A stretch of 64,000 bases of DNA from an uncultured Acidimicrobiia bacterium. Its GTDB lineage: Bacteria; Acidobacteriota; Terriglobia; Versatilivoradales; Versatilivoraceae. A program made the translations under genes and the position numbers. The notes under the pieces are model-generated. The model was given only the letters and a program-made list of their open reading frames with translations. It made no database searches and had not been told where the DNA came from. The stretch covers positions 192,001-256,000 of the forward strand of contig CAWBAT010000005.1 of the NCBI GenBank assembly GCA_963786955.1, written 5' to 3'. Below are positions 1 to 10,028 of the stretch, in pieces. Each line of letters starts with the position of its first letter. The first letter of the stretch is position 1.

Positions 1-170
1 CCTGGGCTACAATCCGCGGCCCCTAAAGGGCCAAAAACTCGCTCGCCATCAGGCTTTCAGGTGCCCCCTTTACCCTAGCCTATTCCCACTTTGGGGAGAG
101 GGAGAATTTAATTGTGGGAAGCAAGTACATCTTCGTCCCCCCTTGCACAAGGGGGGACTTGAGGGGGGTG
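1..170. repeat. Cluster of GC-rich palindromic (REP-like) elements
   Basis: GGCCCCTAAAGGGCC, TTCCCACTTTGGGGAGAGGG and GTCCCCCCTTGCACAAGGGGGGACTTGAGGGGG; the last recurs at about 14693-14728, 51071-51102 and 57586-57610. Confidence 0.7.
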
Positions 171-206
171 AAGAATTACAGGCAAACAACCTTTAATTCG
201 TCTGCA

Positions 207-1943
207 CTAATACAGCACAAAGGCTCTCCCTGGTCCTCCGTGGCAGTTTGCAATCTTGATCGGAGCAAACAGGAAATAGGCGCGTCCCGGAATTTGGCTG
301 AGGTTCATCAAATACTCAACTCCGACCATCCCGTGCGATCCAAGAGCCCAGTATGTCATGAGTGCCTTCTTGGGGTCGGTTCCTCCCAGGGTCGGCCCAT
401 CAGTCCCGACACAATGAATCCCCTTCTTCGCAAGATACAAGATGGCGTCAGGTCCGGGCGAAATCCAGCCTTCTGATTTACCGTTGACGGGATCCGCCAT
501 ACAGACATTCCCCCCTGGCAGCGCCTGGTTGCATTTGTCAGTATACTGGCTGTAAAAAACAACGATTTCATTCGGCTTCAATTCCCCGTTATTCAACTCA
601 AATGTTTGAATGTCTTCAACCGTGATCTCGGGAGATTGAGGCCAGCTCTTTCGATCCGTTTTACCCGCCAGGTACCTCACATCGATGAGCCTCACCCATC
701 CGCACGTCTGCGAGAGAGGAACCTTCTCAGCAGTCACATTGCTTGTCCCTCGTGGACCGTACCGCTTCTCATAGGCCGCTAACCACTGCTGGACTTCCGG
801 AGAATAGTGACGAGGATCGAACGCCTCGGAGGGCAACGCGTAAGAGGGAGGAACTAAATGGGTCCCGCTGTGGCTATCCATCATATGACTTTGCTGGTAA
901 AGATCGGTAACGGGGTTGTGAGCAAAATTGATCGTCATGAAGGGCTGGCGGTGATTCCCACTCCCTGAACCCGGCCCCCAGACCGGAAAATTGTCCGTAA
1001 GGACCGCGGAAAGATCGATGACGTGTTTCTTTCGAGCGGAGTCAATGAGTTGCTGAGCTAACGGATTGCCGACAATTGCAAAAGCCCTCGCTTCGGCTGT
1101 AGCGACAGCGGCGTATTTAGGGCTCAGGTTACAATAAAACGCTCCAGTTGGTGGCAAAGGCCCTAAGCCAGTCGCGCCCTCTGTCCAAATCATCCCATGC
1201 TTGAGACCAGCCATATGTGTTGGCTCCGCAAATTCGGGAATCGGTCCCATGCTGGCACTATCGGTTCCCAATGTCATTACCCCGCGGCTCGCCAGATACT
1301 CCATGGCTTCTGGATGGGGATCCGGCCAGGCAGGGCTTTTTCCTTCCAAAGGATCAGCCACATATCGCCGGCCGGGCAAACCCGGTAAGTAGTATTTGTC
1401 GCTGTACCCACTATAGAAGAGCACCACGTCGCCTTGCCCGAGTCCCCGATATTTGCTCTCCCAATCGGTGATGTGCTGCTTCATGATGAGACTGCTGTAC
1501 CCTTTGGGGCTCTTATCCAATAACTCACGGACATCGATGACGCAAGCTTCTCCCATGAATTGCCAGGCAGGCACCCGATCCACAAACATGAAACCGGAAG
1601 GAAAAGCGTTGGGTTGCAATAGAGACGGGCGTGGAACCGAATGGGGCGGGACGTCCAGTTGGGTCCCGGTATTTCCGTCGATGATTAAGATGTCGCTGTT
1701 ATAGGCGCTCGATGCACCCAGACGCAGATAGTGATTAATCTGGAAATAAGGAAATCCGCCAGGCCAGGTGCAGGGGTATTCCGGTGCGACGAGGAGCGAG
1801 AGGTCGATGAATTGTGACGAGGCGTCTTGCCCTCTCAGGCGACGAGCTGGAAGAAAGCATAAAACAGCACTGAAAAGAAATATCCCAGCTACCCAAGGAG
1901 TTCGTTTCAGGACAGACCGAGAAAAATGCAAATTCATTTTCAT
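207..1943 (-). CDS. Secreted cyclase-family (kynurenine formamidase-like) metal-dependent hydrolase with two tandem cyclase domains
   Basis: 578 aa with an N-terminal signal-like segment; repeated IDLS...GT(Q/H)L...G(T/V)D pattern, with GNTGTQLDVPPH in domain 1 and HSGTHLVPP in domain 2. Confidence 0.75.
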   Translation of the reverse strand: MKMNLHFSRSVLKRTPWVAGIFLFSAVLCFLPARRLRGQDASSQFIDLSLLVAPEYPCTWPGGFPYFQINHYLRLGASSAYNSDILIIDGNTGTQLDVPPHSVPRPSLLQPNAFPSGFMFVDRVPAWQFMGEACVIDVRELLDKSPKGYSSLIMKQHITDWESKYRGLGQGDVVLFYSGYSDKYYLPGLPGRRYVADPLEGKSPAWPDPHPEAMEYLASRGVMTLGTDSASMGPIPEFAEPTHMAGLKHGMIWTEGATGLGPLPPTGAFYCNLSPKYAAVATAEARAFAIVGNPLAQQLIDSARKKHVIDLSAVLTDNFPVWGPGSGSGNHRQPFMTINFAHNPVTDLYQQSHMMDSHSGTHLVPPSYALPSEAFDPRHYSPEVQQWLAAYEKRYGPRGTSNVTAEKVPLSQTCGWVRLIDVRYLAGKTDRKSWPQSPEITVEDIQTFELNNGELKPNEIVVFYSQYTDKCNQALPGGNVCMADPVNGKSEGWISPGPDAILYLAKKGIHCVGTDGPTLGGTDPKKALMTYWALGSHGMVGVEYLMNLSQIPGRAYFLFAPIKIANCHGGPGRAFVLY

Positions 1944-2039
1944 TCTCCTTAACGTCAGCCATCGGAATCAAGTGGTCATCGAGCGACATTCCCCCAGAAA
2001 AATCGAGGCAGGCCCGCCAAGTTGATAGCCCACTTTGAA

Positions 2040-2310
2040 TAGGCCGCCCCTAGAGGGGCTTGGGGTAAATGCAGGGAAAGGGTTCTATTGACAGGTCGTC
2101 CCTAACGGGACTTCAATCCATTTCCCAATCAATCCCAGAGATAATCCTGAAAACCTCAGCTCCGTCAGAAGCGACCTATTTATAGAAAAAATAGAATGCA
2201 TAATTCGAATTCTCCCTCTCCCCTTGTGGGAGGGTGGTCCGTCAGGACCGGGTGAGGGGTCCACAATTGATAACTCACTATGAATATACCACCTCTAACG
2301 GGACTTCAAA
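2040..2310. repeat. REP-like palindrome cluster
   Basis: GCCCCTAGAGGGGC, GTCCCTAACGGGAC (partial second copy near 2295) and CCCTCTCCCCTTGTGGGAGGG...GGGTGAGGGG. Confidence 0.65.
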
Positions 2311-2430
2311 TCAACACCACTAAGCCTTGGAATAGAATACCAATCAAAGCCCAATCTGCCGTAAGACTTTCTCGACAATTTTCTTCCCCACGTCCTGGAC
2401 TTCGACTGAAGCTCGCGCTATTTCAGATTT

Positions 2431-2970
2431 CTATTTCTTTACTGGAGGTGGAAACTTCTGGAACATTTTCTTCAAGGCATTCGCGAGCTTCTTTTGATTC
2501 TTTTCGGGATTATCACTCAATGTGTCCCGGGCAGTCCCGCGCCAGATGAACTTCTTTGCCTGAACGTCTCCGATGTCCACAATGAGCTCACCCGTGGGGA
2601 TATTTTGCACTGTGGTAGTCGTCGTCCCCATCCCCATCCCTCCATATCGACCCCAACCATAGCCCCACCCTCCCATGTTCGTGCTATTCAACTGAGTCTG
2701 TTGTCCTACAGCGCCGTGGTACATCACTTCAAGGTCTGCGTTACCCTCTACTTTTTGTAGCCCCTTTGCAGCCAGTTGTCCTTCAATTCCCGCAATAATC
2801 CGCTGGTTCGCCATCGGGTTGGCCACCGGCGTTCCACTTGCCCACGTGAAGGTCTTAAATTTCGAAAAATCAACCGCCTTGTCGAAGTCCACGTTCACTT
2901 TCTGAGCCTGAGCGGCGACAGGGAGAAATAAAATGATTGCAAAAGCAATCAGAGTCTTTAGTTGTTTCAT
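2431..2970 (-). CDS. DUF4136-like exported protein
   Basis: Signal peptide, DFDKAVDFSKFKTFTW start, GELIVDIGD...IWRG and terminal KFPP; AGGAG RBS upstream. Confidence 0.75.
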   Translation of the reverse strand: MKQLKTLIAFAIILFLPVAAQAQKVNVDFDKAVDFSKFKTFTWASGTPVANPMANQRIIAGIEGQLAAKGLQKVEGNADLEVMYHGAVGQQTQLNSTNMGGWGYGWGRYGGMGMGTTTTTVQNIPTGELIVDIGDVQAKKFIWRGTARDTLSDNPEKNQKKLANALKKMFQKFPPPVKK

Positions 2971-3068
2971 GATCTTCTCCTTTCAGAATTAAGAATTAGT
3001 AATCAGTTTCAAACAAATGGATAAATTGAGTCTAGCTGGATCCTCCAGCGGAGGCGAATCTTAAAGAG

Positions 3069-3298
3069 TCCCCTCTTGGGAGGGGAAAGAGGGCTTGAGA
3101 AGCCTTCACGCGTCATTAGCCCTCAGGGGTGGGTTGGACTCCCACTGCGAGCGTCGCTATCTTGCCCGCTTATTGTCACTAATAAACCCACCCCTACACC
3201 CCTCCGGAGGAGGGGAATATATTCGTTCCCTGTTGGGAAATGAATGCCGCACTCCCCTCTTGGGAGGGGAAAGAGGGCTTTAGCCCTCAGAGGTGGGT
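3069..3298. repeat. REP-like palindrome array (X-spacer-Y-spacer-X) at the 3' side of the DUF559 gene
   Basis: X = TCCCCTCTTGGGAGGGGAAAGAGGGC..GCCCTCAGGGGTGGGT; Y = ACCCACCCCTACACCCCTCCGGAGGAGGGGAATA, approximately the reverse complement of a short X. Confidence 0.85.
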
Positions 3299-3697
3299 CG
3301 AGGTCTTCCCACCATTGCGAGAGGCGGATCCCTCTTTATTCTCTTCAATCCACGCTTGAATGGAACTCAAAACATTTCTCATGTCGCGCTTTACCATAAT
3401 GTCGGGAAAACGCAGGAAACGAATTCCCAGCGCCTCCAAACGCGATTGTCTTTCTCGATCCTCCTCACCGATCTGCCAATGACTCTCTCCGTCGATCTCA
3501 ATGGCAAGCTTGAGTTTGGCACAAAAGAAATCGAGAATGTAGTGATCAATAGGTTTCTGTCGATCAAAGTCGTAGCCAAGCATTTGTTTTCCCTTGAGTT
3601 GTCTCCAGAGCAGAATCTCAGCCAGAGTGCTGCGCCGCCGTAATACTCTTGCAAGATTTTTCAAGTGTGGTTCGTAGATAAAGATTTCTTTTCGCAC
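3287..3697 (-). CDS. DUF559 / Vsr-like PD-(D/E)XK endonuclease domain protein
   Basis: ARVLRRRSTLAEILLW, FDRQKPIDHYILDF, LAIEIDGESH and DRERQSRLEALGIRFLRF motifs; likely start is GTG at 3697 because the longer ORF start (3796) lies within the repeat. Confidence 0.85.
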   Translation of the reverse strand: MRKEIFIYEPHLKNLARVLRRRSTLAEILLWRQLKGKQMLGYDFDRQKPIDHYILDFFCAKLKLAIEIDGESHWQIGEEDRERQSRLEALGIRFLRFPDIMVKRDMRNVLSSIQAWIEENKEGSASRNGGKTSTHL

Positions 3698-3729
3698 AGA
3701 AGTTCCCTGGCTTAGGTGGATGGCCTTAG

Positions 3730-3927
3730 ACCCACCCCTACACCCCTCCGGAGGAGGGGAATATATTCGTTCCCTGTTGGGAAAAGAATGACGCACTCCC
3801 CTCTTGGGAGGGGAAAGAGGGCTTTAGCCCTCAGGGGTGGGTTGGACTCCCACTGCGAGCGTCGCTATCTTGCCCTCTCATTGTCACTAACAAACCCACC
3901 CCTACACCCATCCGGAGGAGGGGAATA
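3730..3927. repeat. REP-like palindrome array (Y-spacer-X-spacer-Y) at the 5' side of the DUF559 gene
   Basis: Near-identical copies of the X, Y and both spacer sequences found at 3069-3298. Confidence 0.85.
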
Positions 3928-4006
3928 ATTTCGTATCCCGTTTGGCGAAGAATAACACAGGCCAATAGAGGTCAGGTAATCAGTCCAACTTGTAGTTGCC
4001 CATACT

Positions 4007-6505
4007 TCACCTCCGCCGCCCGCCGCCCATTCTTGCTCCTCCGCCGCCGGCTCTTGCTCCCCCATAGCTTCCGCTTGACGCGCCGCCGCTCCGACTCATC
4101 TGCTGCTGGCGGGAGACTTGCTGATCACCGCGCTGGCGGGCGCTGGCTTCCCGATTAAGGCCATTCATGGTGTCGGGCGAGACGCTGCTGGTTTTGGAGG
4201 CAGCCTGAGATGTCCGTGCTTGTGACATCGTCTGCGACAACTGTGTCCCGGTCGACGACTGCGCCCCAGTTCCCTGCCCCGTGCCCATCTTACTTTGGGC
4301 CGACTGACTTGCCGACTCCCTCGTCACTCCCGAACTTTGGGCCTTTTGCTGGGCTTGTTGTTTCGCCCCAGAGGTATCCACCGAATTCCAGCTGCCGTTG
4401 TCGTACTTACTCCAACTGCCGCTGGAATCTTTCTTATAGACGTTTCCATCTTTACCGGCATATACGTTGTTGCCAGAGCCGCCAGCTACAAAGCCACCTC
4501 CAGCTCCACGGGCGATCGCTCCAGAACCTTGTGAAGAGTTGATGCCCGCAATAGTCCCCTGAGAGGTTGTCACGTGTCCTGTCCGCGCCCAATCGTCTCC
4601 GCGGACTGCAACTGAACTCCCCCACTGGGAATAAGCATTGTGTCCCTGGCTGGTTGCCCCATAGCCGCCAGTCCACGGATTATAGGCACTGGCAACAGTT
4701 CTGCCGCCGTAGGGAGTCTGTACGGTAGCCGAACGCCCATAGCGCCCGGTCGCCGGATTATACCAAGCCGATCCACCGGCAGCGCCATAAGGGCCGTAGA
4801 CAGCGTGTCCCACACGGTATCCCCCTGTATACGGATTGTAAACAGCGTGCACACCATAGGTGTAGGGATAAGGGCGGTAGATGGGATAGGGATAAGGCCC
4901 CCAATAATAATACGGTGGGTAGTAGTACCCTGTCCCATAGGCGACCGTCAGACCTACGGCCGTACCAATCATAAACATTCCCATGTATCCGCTGGTGTAA
5001 CTGGTCTCTACAGTCGTTGGAGTCGGATTGGAGACCGTGACGTAGGTTACATTGTACACGGGGGAACTCGGTGGAATCGTGTAGATCTCCTTGGGTATCG
5101 AGTCCGCAGTCTTCCAAGGCCCATCGGGCTGGGTGGAGATGAACCACACCCCTTGAAGGCAAAGATAATAAATGTCACCATACTTGATCACTTTGTCCGG
5201 GGTGTTCAAGGCATATTGCATCGACGTCTTCTCGATGGGCTTAAACTGCGGCTGCCCGTCATAGGAAACTTTTACTTTTGCTTCGGCTTGATCGCGATTC
5301 ACGATCGCCGTTGTCGGGATCTGAGCGAGGAGCACCGCATCCTCGGCTTCCTGTGTCCCGGGCACTGAAGGCAATACACGAGCAGGAGGACTATTCGGAG
5401 GAATCATCGCAAAATCTTTGGGGAGATTACCTTCCGCATAACTCCAGGGACCTTCCAATGACTTGGCGCGGAACCAGCGGCCCGAAGTCAAAAAGTAAAA
5501 TTGAATTTCTTGAGTATCACGAAAAATGTCACTATCCGTATTGGTTGCGTAAACCAGATTCGTGCCATATCATTTTGGAATAGACTGGATTACCCTATGA
5601 ACACGATCAGTTCGGCTGGCTTACTGCTGTAAAAGACTTCCGGTCCCTTCATGGTCGGAGACACCGTGGGAGGGAATGACTTTCTTGACGTCGTCCCAAT
5701 TCTGATTTGCTGGTAATTTGGACATGTCCGCCGGAAGCTTACCGGAAACCGCCCAGGGACCCTTCAAATCAGCCGCCGACAACCAGGTCCGATCATTCAG
5801 CAAGTAATATCGCTTGCCGGATAGATCGTAAAACAGGTCCCAATTGGTATTGACGACAAACTCCAATTTCAGTTTTTCAATCGGAGCTCGAACGGGCTCG
5901 CCATCAACCAGCAACAGAATGGCCGGATCATGACTGACGAAGATTCTGGGAGGATCCGGGTTGACGGCTACGGGCCGCTCAGAAGTTCGGCTCCTCTCAA
6001 TGTTCGCCATGAGACGATCCAACGAAATGGTGACGACACGGCTCGGAAAGAGCTGATGAAATAACAAGTCCATCTTTTTGGCAGCTTCAGCATCGAGAGA
6101 CGGGAAGCGGGTGCTGGTGATGCCGATGTCGCGGATCGTAACCGTCCGGCTGTCCGGATCCGCCATGGTTCTGGCAGTCAAGGAAGCCACGCCAGGAGTG
6201 GGCTGGCCACCGGGTGCGGTCAAAGAAAATGCCACATCCGCTGTCAAATCCCGATATTCCTTCCATTCATTAATCTGTGGCTGGTAAACAACCAGCCGCG
6301 CTCCATCCTTCTGAATCTCTCGCGGCCAGCCAGGATCCAGGGAGGCCGTTGAACTGGGCTGGGCTGCCGGTTTCAGGCTTTGCTGAGCGGAAATCGGCAT
6401 GCTTGCCGTAACCAGAGATAAGGACAATAAGAGGCAGAGTGCCGCGGAGCACTGCCTATGAAGTGTTGTAGGGACTCGATTCACAATTTTCTCCATTACG
6501 TTCAA
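4007..6505 (-). pseudogene. Large exported hypothetical protein with Gly/Tyr/Gln-rich C-terminus, split by frameshifts (true pseudogene or sequencing error)
   Basis: ORFs 5621..6505 and 4007..5491 are joined by coherent coding text (EVFYSSKPAELIVF, GTNLVYATNTDSDIF) in shifted frames at about 5550-5680; repeated YYLL..W...L.GPW units. Confidence 0.7.
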
Positions 6506-6855
6506 CTGAATTCGTATTTAATCGTTCGCGGGTACCTTACCCTCAGCCTCGTCGAGGGCTTTTTGTTCGGCGTACCCGTGGGCGCCTGAACTTCCTTAGG
6601 GAAGTCCAGCGTAGAGTCTTTGACGGTAGTCCCCATGTGGCCCTTGAATGGCGCCGCAGGACAGGGTAAGACATCCAGCGCGCTTACCGGCAGCGCAAGT
6701 GCTACCCCAGCGCGAAGCTAACAGTGATTAGGGCTGAAATGTTCTTCATGATTTATCTTCCTCTCATCTTCGTCAAAGGCAAATGTGCGGTTTTCACAAA
6801 TACGGTGAGGATTACTAGTACTAATGCTAAGTTGCACAAATTCACGGTAATTGCT

Positions 6856-6902
6856 GTAGCCGGGGACGTTGACCCCGGCCGGCCCCAGCGGGGCCAGCTA
6901 CA
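6856..6902. repeat. GTAG-type REP-like palindrome
   Basis: GTAGCCGGGGACGTTGACCCCGGCCGGCCCCAGCGGGGCCAGCTACA; related copies at about 11303-11358, 29874-29919 and 59945-59972. Confidence 0.75.
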
Positions 6903-7193
6903 ACACGGACCTCTGCAACTTAGTACTAGGGCGGGCGTCACGTAAGGTAGAGGTCTTGATCAAGCCTCAAGCTTACAAGGATTCAAGCCTGAAGCACTCT
7001 CAATCCTCTATCCCAATTGGGGGCAGCGTTATCGAATTGATGCAGCGAAGCGCTCAACCTCAACATCAGAGACAGACGTCACAGGCAATGGAATCCTCGG
7101 ACAAAGTGCGAGTATAACATCATGAAAAAATATTGAGCAACACGGTAATTGTCAGCCCTTCAGTTATAATCCATCTACCATGGTTGTGTCACT

Positions 7194-8684
7194 TTGGTTC
7201 GACTCTTTATAATCCAGGCGGCCAAAACCAAGACTCCATATAAAATAAATCAAACCGTGAACTCACTTTTCCGCCTTTTAATTTTCACCTTTTTTGCCCT
7301 TCCCAGGGGGGACGCTGCCACCCAAAAGATGGAGGCACCTGATGCCTTTTACGTGCCAGAAAATCCGGTTTATACGGTCGTCGCCTCAGCCCGCGACTCC
7401 GCCTGCTTTACCTTGGGAAAAACTTTGAAGCAGGGTCCTTGCAAGCACTTGACGGCAATCTCCAGTTTTGTAAATCCGGAAGGCGAAGTGATGAGCTGGC
7501 ACGACTTCGGTAATTTGGAAGGACCCGGGTGGGCGGCTAACGCCGTTGGTGGGGCATGGGAGCTGTACCGGTTTGGGCGTTTTCTCGGTGAACCGGATTG
7601 GCAGAACAGCGCTCTCTCAATCGTGGATCATGTGCTGGAGTGCGGCTTCGTGAGCTCGACAGGATTCATTCGCGGCTATCGCGAGACAACAACCGGGCAA
7701 TTTTGTCTGAACTTCAAACATCAGTCAGATTGGTTTTGCCCGGGCTCGATGGCGAAGAATGGATTTCAGCTTCTCCTGTTCGCCGATGAGCTCGAGAAAG
7801 GCCCGCGCGCCGCCCGGATGCGCGAGGCCGCACGGCTCTGCGCCGAATGGATCCGCCAAAACATAAGCTCGACGCCGAATGGATGGTTTCCACGACGCAC
7901 GACCCCAGACGGCCAACTCTACCGCAAGCCGCCGGGCAGAGAAGAAGATCCTTTCTGGCAGTCGTCCGCCGACGGGCTTTATATCCTGCAGCTCCAGGCC
8001 GCCCTCACCGAGCGCAAGCTGGCGGACTATCGAAAGGAACTCCGTGCGAGCACGGAAACTTTCATGCGTGCAGGAGGGTACTTCGCGAGCATCAATCACG
8101 ACACTTACGATCCGCACGAAAACGTTGCTTACTCCGTGGCGTTTCGGACTCTACTGCTCGTGTCACGCGTCTTAGAAGACCCCGCTATTCGCGATTTCGC
8201 CTACGCGAAATGTCTGGCGGGTCTGGACCAGTTTAAGATGCGGGATGACCGAAATGGAGTGACCACGAAAGGGCTGCTGTACATGGAAACGTCATGGGAC
8301 ACGGCCTATCTTTGGGAGAACGCAGAAGCTGCCCTGGCGATGTTTGAAGCGGCGCTCGATTTGCGTGTTGAGGACCCGACACGCAGCCGGAAACTGGAAC
8401 TCGATGGGCTGACGATCCTGCGCGCTATTGCCAAACATCACTATGGGCCGTATGGGTTCCTAACGGAGGGGGTGGATTGGAACAATCATGTAGGGCAAAA
8501 ACACCACATCGACCAGGTCAAGTACGGGGCCATCCAGTACACCGAACCGTTCCTCAATAACCAGCATATCATCGAGCCGACGCTGTTTTACCTGGACCAC
8601 CTCGCCACTAAAACGAAAACCGTAGACCATAGCGAATGGCGCGACCTCGAGGGAAACTTGCTCATTCGCATGATGGTGTTCTGA
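7194..8684 (+). CDS. Hypothetical protein, possibly a secreted alpha/alpha-barrel glycoside-hydrolase-like enzyme
   Basis: 496-aa ORF, helical and aromatic-rich; a GTG start near 7257 would give a signal-like N-terminus; the fold is a guess. Confidence 0.5.
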   Translation: MVRLFIIQAAKTKTPYKINQTVNSLFRLLIFTFFALPRGDAATQKMEAPDAFYVPENPVYTVVASARDSACFTLGKTLKQGPCKHLTAISSFVNPEGEVMSWHDFGNLEGPGWAANAVGGAWELYRFGRFLGEPDWQNSALSIVDHVLECGFVSSTGFIRGYRETTTGQFCLNFKHQSDWFCPGSMAKNGFQLLLFADELEKGPRAARMREAARLCAEWIRQNISSTPNGWFPRRTTPDGQLYRKPPGREEDPFWQSSADGLYILQLQAALTERKLADYRKELRASTETFMRAGGYFASINHDTYDPHENVAYSVAFRTLLLVSRVLEDPAIRDFAYAKCLAGLDQFKMRDDRNGVTTKGLLYMETSWDTAYLWENAEAALAMFEAALDLRVEDPTRSRKLELDGLTILRAIAKHHYGPYGFLTEGVDWNNHVGQKHHIDQVKYGAIQYTEPFLNNQHIIEPTLFYLDHLATKTKTVDHSEWRDLEGNLLIRMMVF

Positions 8685-9115
8685 CCTCCGACCTTAGGCT
8701 TATCTATTCGCGTTTGTCCGCGTTCATTCGCGGCCGACTTTGGAATTTCGACCTTAGACGTTGGACATTTTCTAATTTGGCATTCGTCATTCAGCATTTA
8801 CCATTTGTGACTTTTGACTTTGGACCTTCGACCTTGGACATTCATTCAGTTGGCTTTCCCCGTGTTCCCCGCGGTCCAGTTTGTTGTTTATCTTTTCGCC
8901 CTTTGCGCTATTTTGGGGATACCTTTGCATTTAGCTTTCCCCTTTTCTCTTAGACCTTTGACATCAGTCTTTGGATTTTGGACCTTAGACCTTCGACTTT
9001 GGACATTCGACCTTCGCCATTCGAATATCTATTCCCCCTTATTAAAGGGGGCGCCGGGGGATGTCCCAATTGGTGTGGATCCGCGTTTATTCGCGGCCGA
9101 CTTTGGAATTTGACT
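8685..9115. repeat. Modular intergenic repeat block (heptamer tracts plus 9-10 bp motifs)
   Basis: TTAGACC/TTCGACC/TTGGAC heptamers, CCCCGTGTTCCCCG, CCGCGTTTATTCGCGGC and CCCCCTTATTAAAGGGGGCGCCGGGGGATGTC. Confidence 0.85.
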
Positions 9116-9120
9116 TTTCA

Positions 9121-9149
9121 TTAACAGCTCCGCAAAGAGTATATATAAT
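9121..9149 (+). promoter_or_regulatory. Sigma70-like promoter of the toxin-antitoxin pair
   Basis: TTAACA (9121-9126), 17-bp spacer, TATAAT (9144-9149); GGAGG RBS at 9156-9160 before ATG 9168. Confidence 0.6.
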
Positions 9150-9167
9150 TGTTCGGGAGGCCCATCA

Positions 9168-9386
9168 ATGACGAATCTGCTCAAGGAAGCTTTTGCGAAG
9201 GCTGCCCTTTTGCCCGTTGAGTTGCAAGATTCATTGGCACAAACACTCCTCACCGAACTTGAGGCGGAATTTCAGTGGGATGACAATCTGGCGAAATCTC
9301 AGAGGCTACTCGATGAACTGGCGGAGCAAGCGCTGAAAGAAGACAAAGAGGGCAAGACCCGAAGCCTGGGCTTTGATGAACTGTGA
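9168..9386 (+). CDS. Type II antitoxin (small acidic protein)
   Basis: 72 aa, acidic, LLKEAFAKA..LP..QD...WD pattern; overlaps the toxin start by 4 bp. Confidence 0.7.
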   Translation: MTNLLKEAFAKAALLPVELQDSLAQTLLTELEAEFQWDDNLAKSQRLLDELAEQALKEDKEGKTRSLGFDEL

Positions 9387-9685
9387 ACTCGCGGCTGACT
9401 GAAGAATTCATCAGGTGCTTTCGCCACTTGCCTGCGCGTATTCAGGCCCAAAGCCGCAAGAGCTACAAGTTTTGGAGGGAGAACCCGCGACATCCAAGTC
9501 TCGATTTCAAGCGGGTGAGCCTGAAACTTCCGATATACTCGGTTCGTGTTGCCATTGGCTGGAGGGCTTTGGGGCACCTGAAGGACGAAACAATCGTTTG
9601 GTTTTGGATAGGATCGCATTCAGACTATGACGGGCTCTTGAAACGCATCAGAGAAGAAACCCCTGAGTACAGCCCTCCTCTCTGA
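9383..9685 (+). CDS. RelE/ParE-superfamily type II toxin
   Basis: 100 aa, basic, with ENPRHPSLDFKRV, YSVRV..GWRALG and WFWIGSHSDYD. Confidence 0.8.
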   Translation: MNSRLTEEFIRCFRHLPARIQAQSRKSYKFWRENPRHPSLDFKRVSLKLPIYSVRVAIGWRALGHLKDETIVWFWIGSHSDYDGLLKRIREETPEYSPPL

Positions 9686-9689
9686 GTAT

Positions 9690-9960
9690 CCTCATGACGT
9701 TTTTCCTCCTCCTTTTCTTTCCCCTCGTCGCTTCATTTCCGTCTTTAGACCGTTGACCTTCGACTTTGGACTTTTTTACACTCGACTTTGGACATTCATT
9801 CAGTTGGCTTTCCCCGTCTTCCCCGTGGTCCAGTTTGTTGTTTATCTTTGCGGTTTTTGCGCTCTTTTGCATCAATCCTTGCTTTAGGCTTTTCCCTTTT
9901 CATTCGACAATCGCCATTCGGCAATTGTCAGACCTTCGACTTTGGACTTTTTTCGGCCTT
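9690..9960. repeat. Modular intergenic repeat block
   Basis: Shares about 60 bp (9788-9849) nearly identically with 8834-8895; heptamer tracts and TTTGCG motifs. Confidence 0.85.
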
Positions 9961-10028
9961 CGGCCCCCCTTTCTCTTCATAGCTGCGGAAATCATTCAGG
10001 TTTATAATCCTCCGGCGGTGCATTCAGA

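Noticed and set aside
3069-3927. CRISPR-like repeat-spacer pattern
   Set aside because: The spacers are themselves duplicated and the repeats alternate orientation, which fits REP doublets
9168-9685. Integron cassette interpretation of the TA pair
   Set aside because: No integrase and no recognisable attC structure
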